Origin: Thermodesulfobacteriota bacterium
Lineage (GTDB): Bacteria; Desulfobacterota; RBG-13-43-22
Direction of reading: 5' to 3'
NCBI GenBank assembly: GCA_049520575.1
Contig: JBEKPQ010000003.1
Coordinates: forward strand, 24,632-88,631
DNA length: 64,000 bases
Shown piece by piece: positions 19,328 through 28,160 of the stretch (its first letter is position 1; each line of letters begins with the position of its first letter). Made by a program: the position numbers and the translations under genes. The notes beneath the pieces were generated by a model. It did not search any database. It had not been told where the DNA came from and saw only the letters and a list, made by a program, of their open reading frames with translations.

Positions 19328-20056
19328 CTATTTTTGAAAAATCTTTCTCGCTAATTTTCGTCCGCTTTCGGTCAGAAATGATTTTTCAATCATTTGTTCC
19401 ATCCTGTCCGCCTGAAAGGGTTTTTCTTTTTGACTTTCTTCCAGCTTGACGATCAGGTCGGCATCATAGAGGACCCTGTAATTGGTCGTTTCCTCTTCTC
19501 TGGGATGATGGTGATGGCCGACTATATCACAAACCTCTTCAATCAATTCCCCCCGAGCACCCAATCGACTCAGGATATCCCGGGCTATAGGAGGTCCTTC
19601 TTCTTCCTGATAGCGGACGGCGGCACTCTGATATTTTTTCATTGCTTCCAGGATGCCGATATCATGCAAATAAGCCGCCGGCAGGATCACGGCCAGATTA
19701 CCTTTTTCTTCTTTGCCGATCCGTTCGGCATAACGGGCCACTTTTGTGGTATGACCGATCAAGCGAAACGCCTTTCCGAAATATTTTTTTACTTCGACAG
19801 CCACCCGGTCCTTTAAGAGGTCTTCCTTCTGGGCCAATAGTTCCGGTGGTAAATCACCAAGACACTGTTTGGCATACTGGCAATAGGAGGCACACCCAAA
19901 ATCCATCCTGGGATTCAAGAGACGGCTACCGCACTTGTTACAGCGACGGGTAGTATCGTCTTTAAAAAATTCTATGGCCTGTCCGCACTGGGGACAATCG
20001 ATTTCAAAAATGGAACCGGGTTTCCAAAAGCGGCTGTCTTGACCGGGACATTTCAT
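19328..20056 (-). CDS. HD-domain phosphohydrolase with an N-terminal zinc ribbon.
   Basis: CPQCGQ...CNKCG zinc ribbon; HD motif region AAYLHDIG and HHHH. Confidence 0.6.
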   Translation of the reverse strand: MKCPGQDSRFWKPGSIFEIDCPQCGQAIEFFKDDTTRRCNKCGSRLLNPRMDFGCASYCQYAKQCLGDLPPELLAQKEDLLKDRVAVEVKKYFGKAFRLIGHTTKVARYAERIGKEEKGNLAVILPAAYLHDIGILEAMKKYQSAAVRYQEEEGPPIARDILSRLGARGELIEEVCDIVGHHHHPREEETTNYRVLYDADLIVKLEESQKEKPFQADRMEQMIEKSFLTESGRKLARKIFQK

Positions 20057-20124
20057 GAATTTTTTCTCTTTCCGACAGGATTAACAGGATCCAAAAAAAT
20101 TCTGTAAATCCTGTCTAAATCGGG

Positions 20125-21753
20125 TTACCCTAAAATCGCCTTCAAATCATCTTCCGGGGTGCTGATGGGCATGATGTTGAAGTTCTTGACCAGCACATCA
20201 AGCACATTGGGGGTGATAAAGGCCGGCAGGGATGGTCCTAATCGGATATCTTTGATCCCCAGATAAAATAGGGTCAAGAGAATGGCCACGGCCTTTTGCT
20301 CATACCAGGACAGGATCATGGATAAGGGCAGATCATTTACGCCCACATTAAAGGCCTTGGACAGGGCTAAGGCGATCTGAATGGCCGAGTAGGCGTCATT
20401 GCACTGGCCGATATCCAACAGTCTCGGGATGCCGCCGATATCGCCCAGGTCCTTATCAAAAAATCGGAACTTTCCGCAGGCCAGGGTCAGGACCACACAA
20501 TCCTTGGGGACCAGGTCCACGAATTTAGTGTAATAATTTCTGCCCGGCTTGGCCCCGTCGCAGCCGGCCACCAGAAAGAAATGACGGATGTTCTTATTTT
20601 TAACCGCTTCGATTACCTTATCGGCCACGCCTAAAACCGCATTGCGGCCGAAACCGCAGGTGACTTGTCCGCGGTCGATATCCTCTGGAAATCCGGGCAT
20701 GGATAAGGCCTTTTCAATCACGGGGCTGAAATTTTTATCTTTGATATGCACAACACCGGGCATACCCACCAGACCGGTGGTAAAGATGTTTCCCTGATAA
20801 GATTCCTTGGGTTTCTGGATACAGTTGGTGGTCATCAGGATGGCCCCGGGAAAATCTGCAAACTCTTTGGTCTGGTTAAACCAGGCCGTTCCGAAGTGGC
20901 CGTAAAAATGGGGATACTTTTTCAGGCCCGGGTAGCCGTGTGTAGGGAGCATTTCCCCGTGGGTATAGACATAGATCTCTTTGCCTTCGGTTTGTTTCAA
21001 TATCTCTTCCAGGTCTTTCAGGTCATGTCCGGAAACCAGGAGGGCCTTGCCTTTTTTGGCTCCCAGAGGCACTTTGGTCGGGACCGGGTGTCCATAGGTC
21101 CCGGTATTGGCGGCATCAAGCAGTTCCATGGCCCTCAGATTGATCTCCCCGCATTTTAAGACCAGACCGATCCAATCATTCAGGTTCAGGGCCTTGTTTA
21201 ACGGTGCGGCCAGCCCTTCCTGAACGAAGGCATAAACCGCATCATCTTCCTGACCCAAAATCTGCGCATGGTCGGCATAGGCGCAGACGCCCTTGAGACC
21301 GTAGGTCAGGGTCCACTGCAAGGCATGGATGTCCTTATCTATGGATGGGTCGGACAGGATGCCCACGCCTTCCCCCTGGCGTATCATCCCTTCCAGTGTT
21401 GACTCCGGTTGGAGAACAGCCGGGCCTTCGATGAAATTTACCCGGCAGCCGGCGGCCTTAACCTTTTTTTTCAGGGTCTCTCGAAGTTCGACGGTCTCTT
21501 TGATGAATTCCACAAAGCGGTCCGGGTCAAAGTCCACATTGGTCAGAGTTGAAAAGGTGGCTTCACAGATAAAGACATTGACCTGCCGATCGTTCACCCC
21601 CACTTTTCTTCCTTCCAGGGCAACTAGGGACAAGCCTCGTAAGGCATAAATCAGAAGATCATGCAAAGCCGCAACTTCCGGTTGTTTGCCGCAAACCCCG
21701 ATTTTGGTACATCCTTCCCCTTTGGCTGTTTGTTCACATTGATAACAAAACAT
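20125..21753 (-). CDS. hcp: Hybrid-cluster protein / hydroxylamine reductase.
   Basis: N-terminal signature MFCYQCEQTAKGEGCTKIGVCGK; 542 aa. Confidence 0.9.
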   Translation of the reverse strand: MFCYQCEQTAKGEGCTKIGVCGKQPEVAALHDLLIYALRGLSLVALEGRKVGVNDRQVNVFICEATFSTLTNVDFDPDRFVEFIKETVELRETLKKKVKAAGCRVNFIEGPAVLQPESTLEGMIRQGEGVGILSDPSIDKDIHALQWTLTYGLKGVCAYADHAQILGQEDDAVYAFVQEGLAAPLNKALNLNDWIGLVLKCGEINLRAMELLDAANTGTYGHPVPTKVPLGAKKGKALLVSGHDLKDLEEILKQTEGKEIYVYTHGEMLPTHGYPGLKKYPHFYGHFGTAWFNQTKEFADFPGAILMTTNCIQKPKESYQGNIFTTGLVGMPGVVHIKDKNFSPVIEKALSMPGFPEDIDRGQVTCGFGRNAVLGVADKVIEAVKNKNIRHFFLVAGCDGAKPGRNYYTKFVDLVPKDCVVLTLACGKFRFFDKDLGDIGGIPRLLDIGQCNDAYSAIQIALALSKAFNVGVNDLPLSMILSWYEQKAVAILLTLFYLGIKDIRLGPSLPAFITPNVLDVLVKNFNIMPISTPEDDLKAILG

Positions 21754-21836
21754 AGCTTTCTCCTTTCTTTATGAAAGAGGCTTTTCATTCGATCAACTTG
21801 TTGCCCTTACTATAATCATTAAAGCTAAGAGCTACA

Positions 21837-21850
21837 TTGACTTAAGTCAA
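21837..21850. promoter_or_regulatory. Perfect palindrome TTGACTTAAGTCAA (FNR/CRP-type TTGAC-N4-GTCAA half-sites) about 85-97 bp upstream of the hcp start. Candidate HcpR-type operator.
   Basis: Read directly from the sequence. Position fits a class II CRP/FNR activator site for the minus-strand hcp promoter. Confidence 0.45.
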
Positions 21851-22000
21851 GAACCCAGATTTTTTTGAAAGTTAACGAACAGACGAAGAAAACCTATTTA
21901 TCCTGCCAAGAGGGATTGGATTCCGACTGGAGTCTATCCCGCACCTGATGCGGGACCAAAGTGACGAATGGAGGTCCCCTGGACTTTTTACCAACCCGTT

Positions 22001-22037
22001 TTCCTCCTTGACCCTGTCTATGCCTTATTTTATACTC
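22001..22037 (+). promoter_or_regulatory. Promoter A of the conserved family: TTCCTCCTTGACCC (-35 at 22008-22013), 17 nt spacer, TATACT (22031-22036). Drives the rSAM-GT2-PlsY-rSAM operon.
   Basis: Near-consensus sigma70 hexamers with a 17 nt spacer. Extended motif shared with four other sites in the island. Confidence 0.6.
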
Positions 22038-22066
22038 TTTTCATTCGACGCCCGAAATTGTAAAAA

Positions 22067-23575
22067 ATGGACCTCTTAAAACAGAATAAAATCCTTCTCG
22101 TCCACCCCCTGGGTTACAAGATGGAAAGGGCGGGAAAGGATGTTTCGCGGATAGCTAATATCATGCCCCCGCTGGGCCTGGCTAGCATGGCCGCCTATCT
22201 GAATAAAAAAAATATCGAGGCTGATATCGTTGACTGTTTTGCCAAGCCCTTTTCCGATCGTTTCATCAGGGATTATCTGGGTAAGGAAAAGCCCTCTTTT
22301 ATCGGTCTCAGTTGCACCACCTCGAGCTTCCTCGATGGGGTCCGCATTGCCGAAATGGCAAAAAATACCCTGCCGGGCATAAAGACGGTTTTTGGGGGCC
22401 CCCATGTCTCCGCCCTGAAAACCAAGGTCCTGGCCGATTTCCCGGAAGTGGACTTTGTCGTGGCCGGTGAAGGGGAAGAGACCCTGGCCGAACTTCTGGC
22501 CTGCGACGGAAAGATCAATGAGACGCCCCCGGTCCCCGGTATGGTCTATCGCGATAAAAATGGAATCCCGCACTTTAGCGGCTATCGGGCAAAAGGCATC
22601 GATCTCGACACCCTTCCCTTTCCAGCCTATGAAAAACTTGATGGTTATCCTCAGGCCTACAAACTGCCCATTTTCAACTATCCGACGGTCCCCAATACCA
22701 GCTGTATATCGAGCCGCGGATGCCCTTATGCCTGCAGTTACTGCGACCGGTCGGTTTTTGGGAGCAGTTTCCGTTACAATTCCGCTGAATATCTCTATGA
22801 GCACCTGAAATACCTCCATGACCGTTTTCATATCCGGCACATCAATTTCTATGACGACCAGTTCACCTTCAACCGCAAAAGGATTGAAGCCTTCACTCGG
22901 ATGATGATCGACAAACCCCTCGGGATGACCTTTAACTGTGCCGTGCGGGCCGAACATATCGATCTCGATCTGGCCAGGATGATGAAAGAAGCCGGATGCT
23001 GGATGATCAGCCTCGGTGTGGAGACCGGCGATGAAGACCTCCTGGCCCAACACCGGAAAAACCCAGACCTGAAGATGCTGGCAGAAAAGATCCGGCTGAT
23101 CCATAAAACCAGAATCCGCGTCAAGGGACTGCTCATGCTGGGTCTGCCCGGCGAAACCGACTCGAGCATCCAAAAGAGTATGGATTATGTTTTTTCCTTA
23201 CCCATCGACGATATCAATGTGTCCAAATTCACCCCCTTCCCGGGCACACCCCTCTATGAAAAGGCCCATGAACTGGGGACCTTTGAAGAAGACTGGGAAA
23301 GGATGGACTGCATGCATTTCCTCTTCATCCCCAAGGGGATGACTGGAGAGCATCTGGAAAAACTTTTCGTGAGGTTCTATCGGAAACACTTTATGCGGCC
23401 TAAGATGTTCCTCGGTTATATCGCCATGATTTGGCGTTCTCCCGACAGTTGGAAGAGGTTCCTAACCGATTTCAGAGGTTTTTTCCGGTTTGTCCGGACC
23501 GACACAAGGATTGCAGGTCCGGGAACGGAGCCGAAGGTATCGGGAAAAAAGGCTGCTTCTTTATTGGAAAAATAA
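22067..23575 (+). CDS. B12-binding radical SAM protein (class B rSAM).
   Basis: N-terminal Rossmann-like cobalamin-binding region (ILLVHPLGY...LGLASMAAYL...GLSCTTSSF). rSAM motif CPYACSYC (CX3CX2C). Confidence 0.85.
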   Translation: MDLLKQNKILLVHPLGYKMERAGKDVSRIANIMPPLGLASMAAYLNKKNIEADIVDCFAKPFSDRFIRDYLGKEKPSFIGLSCTTSSFLDGVRIAEMAKNTLPGIKTVFGGPHVSALKTKVLADFPEVDFVVAGEGEETLAELLACDGKINETPPVPGMVYRDKNGIPHFSGYRAKGIDLDTLPFPAYEKLDGYPQAYKLPIFNYPTVPNTSCISSRGCPYACSYCDRSVFGSSFRYNSAEYLYEHLKYLHDRFHIRHINFYDDQFTFNRKRIEAFTRMMIDKPLGMTFNCAVRAEHIDLDLARMMKEAGCWMISLGVETGDEDLLAQHRKNPDLKMLAEKIRLIHKTRIRVKGLLMLGLPGETDSSIQKSMDYVFSLPIDDINVSKFTPFPGTPLYEKAHELGTFEEDWERMDCMHFLFIPKGMTGEHLEKLFVRFYRKHFMRPKMFLGYIAMIWRSPDSWKRFLTDFRGFFRFVRTDTRIAGPGTEPKVSGKKAASLLEK

Positions 23576-23632
23576 CTCTTGGCCGACTCCCCTGAAGAAA
23601 CGTCTTTGCTCCCCAATATCAGAAAAGATACG

Positions 23633-24814
23633 ATGAATGGATCAGAAAGCATGAAGATAAGGCCCCTGATGGTTATCCCCGTTTACAATCACGCCGGAAC
23701 ACTGCGGGATGTGGTTGTCCGAACGCTCAGTGTCTGTAGTGATGTGCTGGTTCTGGATGACGGCAGCACCGACGGAAGCGCAGAAGTTATCAAAGGCCTT
23801 CCCATCCATCTGGTTCGGCATGAGAAAAATAGGGGCAAAGGGGCGGCGATCCTTACAGCGGCCAAGGAAGCCGGAAGGCTCGGGATGACCCATATGATTA
23901 CCCTGGATGCCGATGGGAAGCACGACCCGACCGATTTTTCCAGATTCCTTCCTGTGATTCAGGAAAATCCCCTGGCGATTGTAGTGGGGAAAAGAATCTT
24001 AAAAAACACGAAGATTCCCTTCTCGTCCCGGTTTTATAGACACTTCTCCAACTTCTGGTTCAGGGTTCAAACCGGCAGTTCCCTGAAAGACACCCAATGC
24101 GGCTTTCGGGCCTACCCGGTTGCTGTCTTAACCTGGTTGGAGCTCCACGAAAAAGGCTATTCCTTTGAAGAGGAAGTCCTGGTAAAGGCCGCCTGGGCGG
24201 GAATTCCATTCAAAGAGGTGGAGGTTTCGATAGTCTATCTACCCCCCGGCGAACGCATATCTCATTTCCGCTTTTTCAGGGATACCCTCGCCCGGGCGCT
24301 ACTTAACACGCGTCTGACGATCTGGGCCATTGCTCCCATACCGTCGAGACAATTTATGCCCTTTGAAAACGAACCGGAAAAGATAACCATCCGCCACCCC
24401 TTGCAGTCTTTGAGAATTCTTCTCAGGAGAAAAATCTCACAGTCGCAATTAGCGATTTCAGCCGGTTTTGGGGTGCTTCTCGGTACCCTCCCACTGATCG
24501 GTTTTTGGACTCTGACTATCCTCATTACAGCCAGTTATTTCCGCCTCAACAAATATGTGGCCCTGGTTGCCAGCCAACTGTGTTATCACCCTGTTGTGCC
24601 GGCCCTCTGTATCGAAGCAGGGTATTATATTCGTCACGGGAAGTTCCTCACGGAGATTTCCCTGAACACCCTCGGATATCAGGCCTTGGAAAGGATCTAC
24701 GAGTGGATCATCGGCAGCCTGGTCCTCGGGCCTCTTTTTGGAGTTTTTTTCGGCTGCCTGATCTATGTGATCACCTTTTCCCTAAAAAAGGAGAAGTCCG
24801 TTATTAATGCTTAA
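23633..24814 (+). CDS. Family 2 glycosyltransferase (DPM1-like) fused to a C-terminal DUF2062-like membrane domain. The start is probably the ATG at 23633; the ORF track begins at a TTG at 23579.
   Basis: GT2 motifs VIPVYNH...LDDGSTDGS...TLDADGKHDP. Hydrophobic C-terminal third. Confidence 0.7.
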   Translation: MNGSESMKIRPLMVIPVYNHAGTLRDVVVRTLSVCSDVLVLDDGSTDGSAEVIKGLPIHLVRHEKNRGKGAAILTAAKEAGRLGMTHMITLDADGKHDPTDFSRFLPVIQENPLAIVVGKRILKNTKIPFSSRFYRHFSNFWFRVQTGSSLKDTQCGFRAYPVAVLTWLELHEKGYSFEEEVLVKAAWAGIPFKEVEVSIVYLPPGERISHFRFFRDTLARALLNTRLTIWAIAPIPSRQFMPFENEPEKITIRHPLQSLRILLRRKISQSQLAISAGFGVLLGTLPLIGFWTLTILITASYFRLNKYVALVASQLCYHPVVPALCIEAGYYIRHGKFLTEISLNTLGYQALERIYEWIIGSLVLGPLFGVFFGCLIYVITFSLKKEKSVINA

Positions 24815-24913
24815 AGAAACACGGGCCGTTCAGAAACATCCGGACAGAGACAGCCATAACATCGGCTTAAGCCGGGGACACAAAATCTTCTGTTAGCCGG
24901 AGCGGAGGAATAA

Positions 24914-25492
24914 ATGGGAAACTTAATACTGTTGGTCCTATTGACCTATCTGGCCGCCTCGGTCAACTTTTCCATACTTTTATTTAAGATCCTCGGTAAA
25001 GGTGACCCAAGAAGTCATTTCAGCGGCAATGCCGGAACGGCGAACGTCACCAGACAACTGGGCAAACTCTGGGGCCTGCTGATCCTCCTGCTCGACATCG
25101 GACGGGCCGTAGCCTTTGCCCAAATCGGAGTTTGGTTTCTGCCTGCTCCCTTAGTGCCTTTATTAGGTCTGGCCCTCGTGGTTGGGAACCAAAAGCCATT
25201 GTTTCACGGGTTCCGAGGCGGAAAGGGGGTAGCCGGCTACCTGGGTTTCACCGCTTTGATCTCCCCCCTTGCAGCCGGAATATCTTGCCTGGTTTGGGTC
25301 CTGGTGTACGGGTTTTTCCGGGTGACCTTCATCGGATCGTTTTTTATGATTACGGTTCTGGGCCTGGGGACCGTGATGCATTACGCTTGGGCATGGTCGG
25401 TGGTTACCGCTGCTGGTTTGACCATGGTTTTAATCTTCCTGGCCCATAAATCCAACATTGCGGGTATCCTTGGTCAGCGCAGAAAAGGTTGA
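24914..25492 (+). CDS. PlsY-family acyl-phosphate:glycerol-3-phosphate acyltransferase.
   Basis: 192 aa polytopic protein carrying the PlsY signatures SGNAGTAN and FRGGKGVAG. Preceded by a GGAGG RBS. Confidence 0.7.
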   Translation: MGNLILLVLLTYLAASVNFSILLFKILGKGDPRSHFSGNAGTANVTRQLGKLWGLLILLLDIGRAVAFAQIGVWFLPAPLVPLLGLALVVGNQKPLFHGFRGGKGVAGYLGFTALISPLAAGISCLVWVLVYGFFRVTFIGSFFMITVLGLGTVMHYAWAWSVVTAAGLTMVLIFLAHKSNIAGILGQRRKG

Positions 25493-25524
25493 CCTCGCCC
25501 ATCGTCTATGATACTTTTTTTTGC

Positions 25525-26784
25525 ATGAAATTTAAATTGATCTATCCAAAATGGAAGAAGCTTAAGGGCCAGACCGAATTCCATCTTCCCCCTCACGGCC
25601 CCGTGGTCTTTGCCGCCACAATACCCAAAGAGGTGGAAATCGAATTCGTCGATGAAAATCTGGAAACCATCGATTTCAATGATTCAGCGGATTTGGTCGG
25701 GATCTCCATGATGCTGACCAGCCAGGTGAAAAGGGGCTGGGAAATTGCCGATGAATACCGGAAAAGGGGTATCCCGGTCATCTGCGGCGGCATTGCCGCC
25801 ATGCTTCATTCCGAAGAGACTTCCCAACACGGCGACGCCGTCTTCTTGGGGGAGGCGGAAGGAAGGATGGAACAGGTCTTTGATGATTTCCGGAATAACC
25901 GGCTTCGAAAGGTCTATGACTACTTGATGGATTTTCCTCCCATCGCTTCGGTCGGTACGGCCCGGCGGGATATCCTGAAGCGGGAGCTTTACAACTACAA
26001 AGGCCTCCAGATGGTCGACCTTTTTCATGCCTCGCGGGGATGCCGATTTAACTGCTATCCCTGCTGTGTCAGCTTCCTTGGAGGACGACAGTTCCGGCCC
26101 CGCCCCATGGACAAGGTCGTGGAGGAACTGGCAGCCATAGAAAACAACCGCCTCTTTATTGTTGACAATTCACTAGCCCAAGACAAAGCCTGGGAAAAGC
26201 AGCTCTTCCGGGAGATGATTCCTTTAAAAAAGAAATGGTGCTCCCACCCCATTGAAGACGATGATGAGGTCCTCAATCTGGCGGCCCAGGCCGGGGCCTG
26301 GTATGTTTATCAGGCGATCTTCGATACCTCGGACTTCATCCGCAACCGGATCAAACGTTACCACGATTTCGGTATCGGTGTCGAGGGAACCATCCTCCTG
26401 GGACTCGACCACCATACGGAGGACTATATACGCCGTCTGTTCGAATTCCTCCAGGAGGTCGAATTGGACCTGGCGGAATTTACCGTCCTGACTCCTTTCC
26501 CCCACACGCCAGCCTTCACTGACCTGCAACGGGAAGGGCGGATTCTATCCTACGATTGGAACGACTATACCTGCGACAAGGTCGTCTTCCAGCCCAAACA
26601 CATGAGTCCGGAACGCCTTCAGGAATTATACGACCAGTCGTGGGAAACCTTCTACCGTGAAAAACCCCAGTCCTACCGGATGTTCGAACTGTTCAAACGG
26701 GTCATTGCTAAGGAAATGGCTGACGGGACCTTCCGGCGTTGGCAGCCCAAGGTCAAACGGAAATTCGGCCGGGTGGGGATATAA
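25525..26784 (+). CDS. B12-binding radical SAM protein, second copy. Probable start MKFKLIYP at 25525.
   Basis: Cobalamin-binding N-domain (DLVGISMM...VICGG) plus rSAM CRFNCYPC (CX3CX2C). Confidence 0.8.
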   Translation: MKFKLIYPKWKKLKGQTEFHLPPHGPVVFAATIPKEVEIEFVDENLETIDFNDSADLVGISMMLTSQVKRGWEIADEYRKRGIPVICGGIAAMLHSEETSQHGDAVFLGEAEGRMEQVFDDFRNNRLRKVYDYLMDFPPIASVGTARRDILKRELYNYKGLQMVDLFHASRGCRFNCYPCCVSFLGGRQFRPRPMDKVVEELAAIENNRLFIVDNSLAQDKAWEKQLFREMIPLKKKWCSHPIEDDDEVLNLAAQAGAWYVYQAIFDTSDFIRNRIKRYHDFGIGVEGTILLGLDHHTEDYIRRLFEFLQEVELDLAEFTVLTPFPHTPAFTDLQREGRILSYDWNDYTCDKVVFQPKHMSPERLQELYDQSWETFYREKPQSYRMFELFKRVIAKEMADGTFRRWQPKVKRKFGRVGI

Positions 26785-26832
26785 GGCCCTCGCCCATTCC
26801 CAGGTTTTAAAGATGTTTGGTTCCCTTTTAAT

Positions 26833-27696
26833 TCACAACTCCTTAATCCATAGAAGAGGATGGAGGCGGCCCTGGGATATATCCTGCATTTGAATACCCC
26901 GGATTTCCTCACAGACAGCCCCTTGGTCATCGATAATCCAGGCATTAAAAAAAAACTGATTCTTTTCTACTCCCGTCGGAAAAACCCGGCCGGTATATAA
27001 ACCATTTTTTTTGGTTTTCTGATGAATGATCCTTTTTTCAATACCTGTTGGAAATAGGACATACTCAGTAAACCGTTGCCCCCAGATGCAAGCCACCTGA
27101 AGGGCGGCATCCAGAGGAAAGAGAGAACCGAGTCGATCATCCTCTTTTCCGCAGTCACCGCCGGAAAGATAGCCTGAAGCCTCTTCGGGCCAAAGAGAAA
27201 CCGGGCCGATGATATTTTGAAAAGCCTTCCCGAAAGGGATCAGTCCGGGGTAAACTAATTCTTTTGAAACCAAGATATCCGGTCCTTTAGGATTTTCTTT
27301 GTCCGCCAATAGCGGTGAAGCACCTGGAAAAGAATCGGCCTGAGAAAATTCCACCCGGGCATGCTCCAGGTTGCGGCTGATGCCACCGGTTTTTGATCTC
27401 ATCGAAGTCATCAGCCGTGTGGAAATACCCCCCTTGGGGGTTTGATCTATTTCGACGACAACCGGCAGATGGTGCATTTCCGGATGGATTATCAGAAAAC
27501 GGGGAAACCGGGCCTTGGTCAAACAAACCATATCCCAATTGGAAAAATGATCATGAACAACCTTGGCCAGGACATTCAAAGCCTCTGTAGCCGGCAAAAC
27601 ACACCGGCCTTCAAAGTGATGATCCAATAAATAGTCGCCGACTTCGATTTCCAGAGGACAGCGCATTTTTCCATTTAGCCGGGGAAGGATTTCCAA
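26833..27696 (-). CDS. Standalone polyketide-synthase-type dehydratase (PS-DH, double hot-dog). Start uncertain: the ORF overlaps the upstream thioesterase by 22 nt.
   Basis: PKS DH active-site signature LLDHHFEGRCVLPATE (HxxxGxxxxP); ~287 aa. Confidence 0.6.
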   Translation of the reverse strand: MEILPRLNGKMRCPLEIEVGDYLLDHHFEGRCVLPATEALNVLAKVVHDHFSNWDMVCLTKARFPRFLIIHPEMHHLPVVVEIDQTPKGGISTRLMTSMRSKTGGISRNLEHARVEFSQADSFPGASPLLADKENPKGPDILVSKELVYPGLIPFGKAFQNIIGPVSLWPEEASGYLSGGDCGKEDDRLGSLFPLDAALQVACIWGQRFTEYVLFPTGIEKRIIHQKTKKNGLYTGRVFPTGVEKNQFFFNAWIIDDQGAVCEEIRGIQMQDISQGRLHPLLWIKEL

Positions 27697-28160
27697 AGAG
27701 CAATCGTTTGGGGGTCTATGGCCACGGGAAGTCCCTTAGCATTCAGGGCGCAATGTTTGGTATATCCGATGCAAACGATCCGGTCGGTTTCCGCCTGGGT
27801 GATCAGGTAATCAAACTGCAAACGGACCCGTTCCAGGAGAGTCGGCCGGGTGTGGATCAGCATGACATCATCATAATACAAGGGAGAATAATATCCGATC
27901 CTTAAATCGATGATGGGATAAACAAAGCCGCTCGCTTCAATTTCTTTATAGGGATAGCCGAAGTCGCGCATCAAAGAGGTTCGCCCGAATTCAAAAAACC
28001 GCAAGTAATTGGCATGATAAACCACCGCTGAACGGTCCGTATCGGCATATAACGTTCTATAGGTGGAGCGATGCCAGATCAAACCAGTGGAGCGGTCGCG
28101 GATGAAGTTGGGATTGTTATTGAAAGGTTCGGGTCGGAAAGGTTTGGGACGCATCTTCAC
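27675..28160 (-). CDS. 4HBT-fold acyl-CoA/acyl-ACP thioesterase (YbgC-like).
   Basis: YADTDRSAVVYHANYLRFFEFGRTSL matches the 4HBT thioesterase consensus. ATGA overlap with the KS stop indicates translational coupling. Confidence 0.7.
   Translation of the reverse strand: MKMRPKPFRPEPFNNNPNFIRDRSTGLIWHRSTYRTLYADTDRSAVVYHANYLRFFEFGRTSLMRDFGYPYKEIEASGFVYPIIDLRIGYYSPLYYDDVMLIHTRPTLLERVRLQFDYLITQAETDRIVCIGYTKHCALNAKGLPVAIDPQTIALWKSFPG

Noticed and set aside
22076-23173. 365 aa ORF on the minus strand
   Set aside because: Antisense to the B12-binding radical SAM gene, which has unambiguous CX3CX2C and cobalamin-domain motifs. No recognisable motifs of its own, so it is a spurious shadow ORF.
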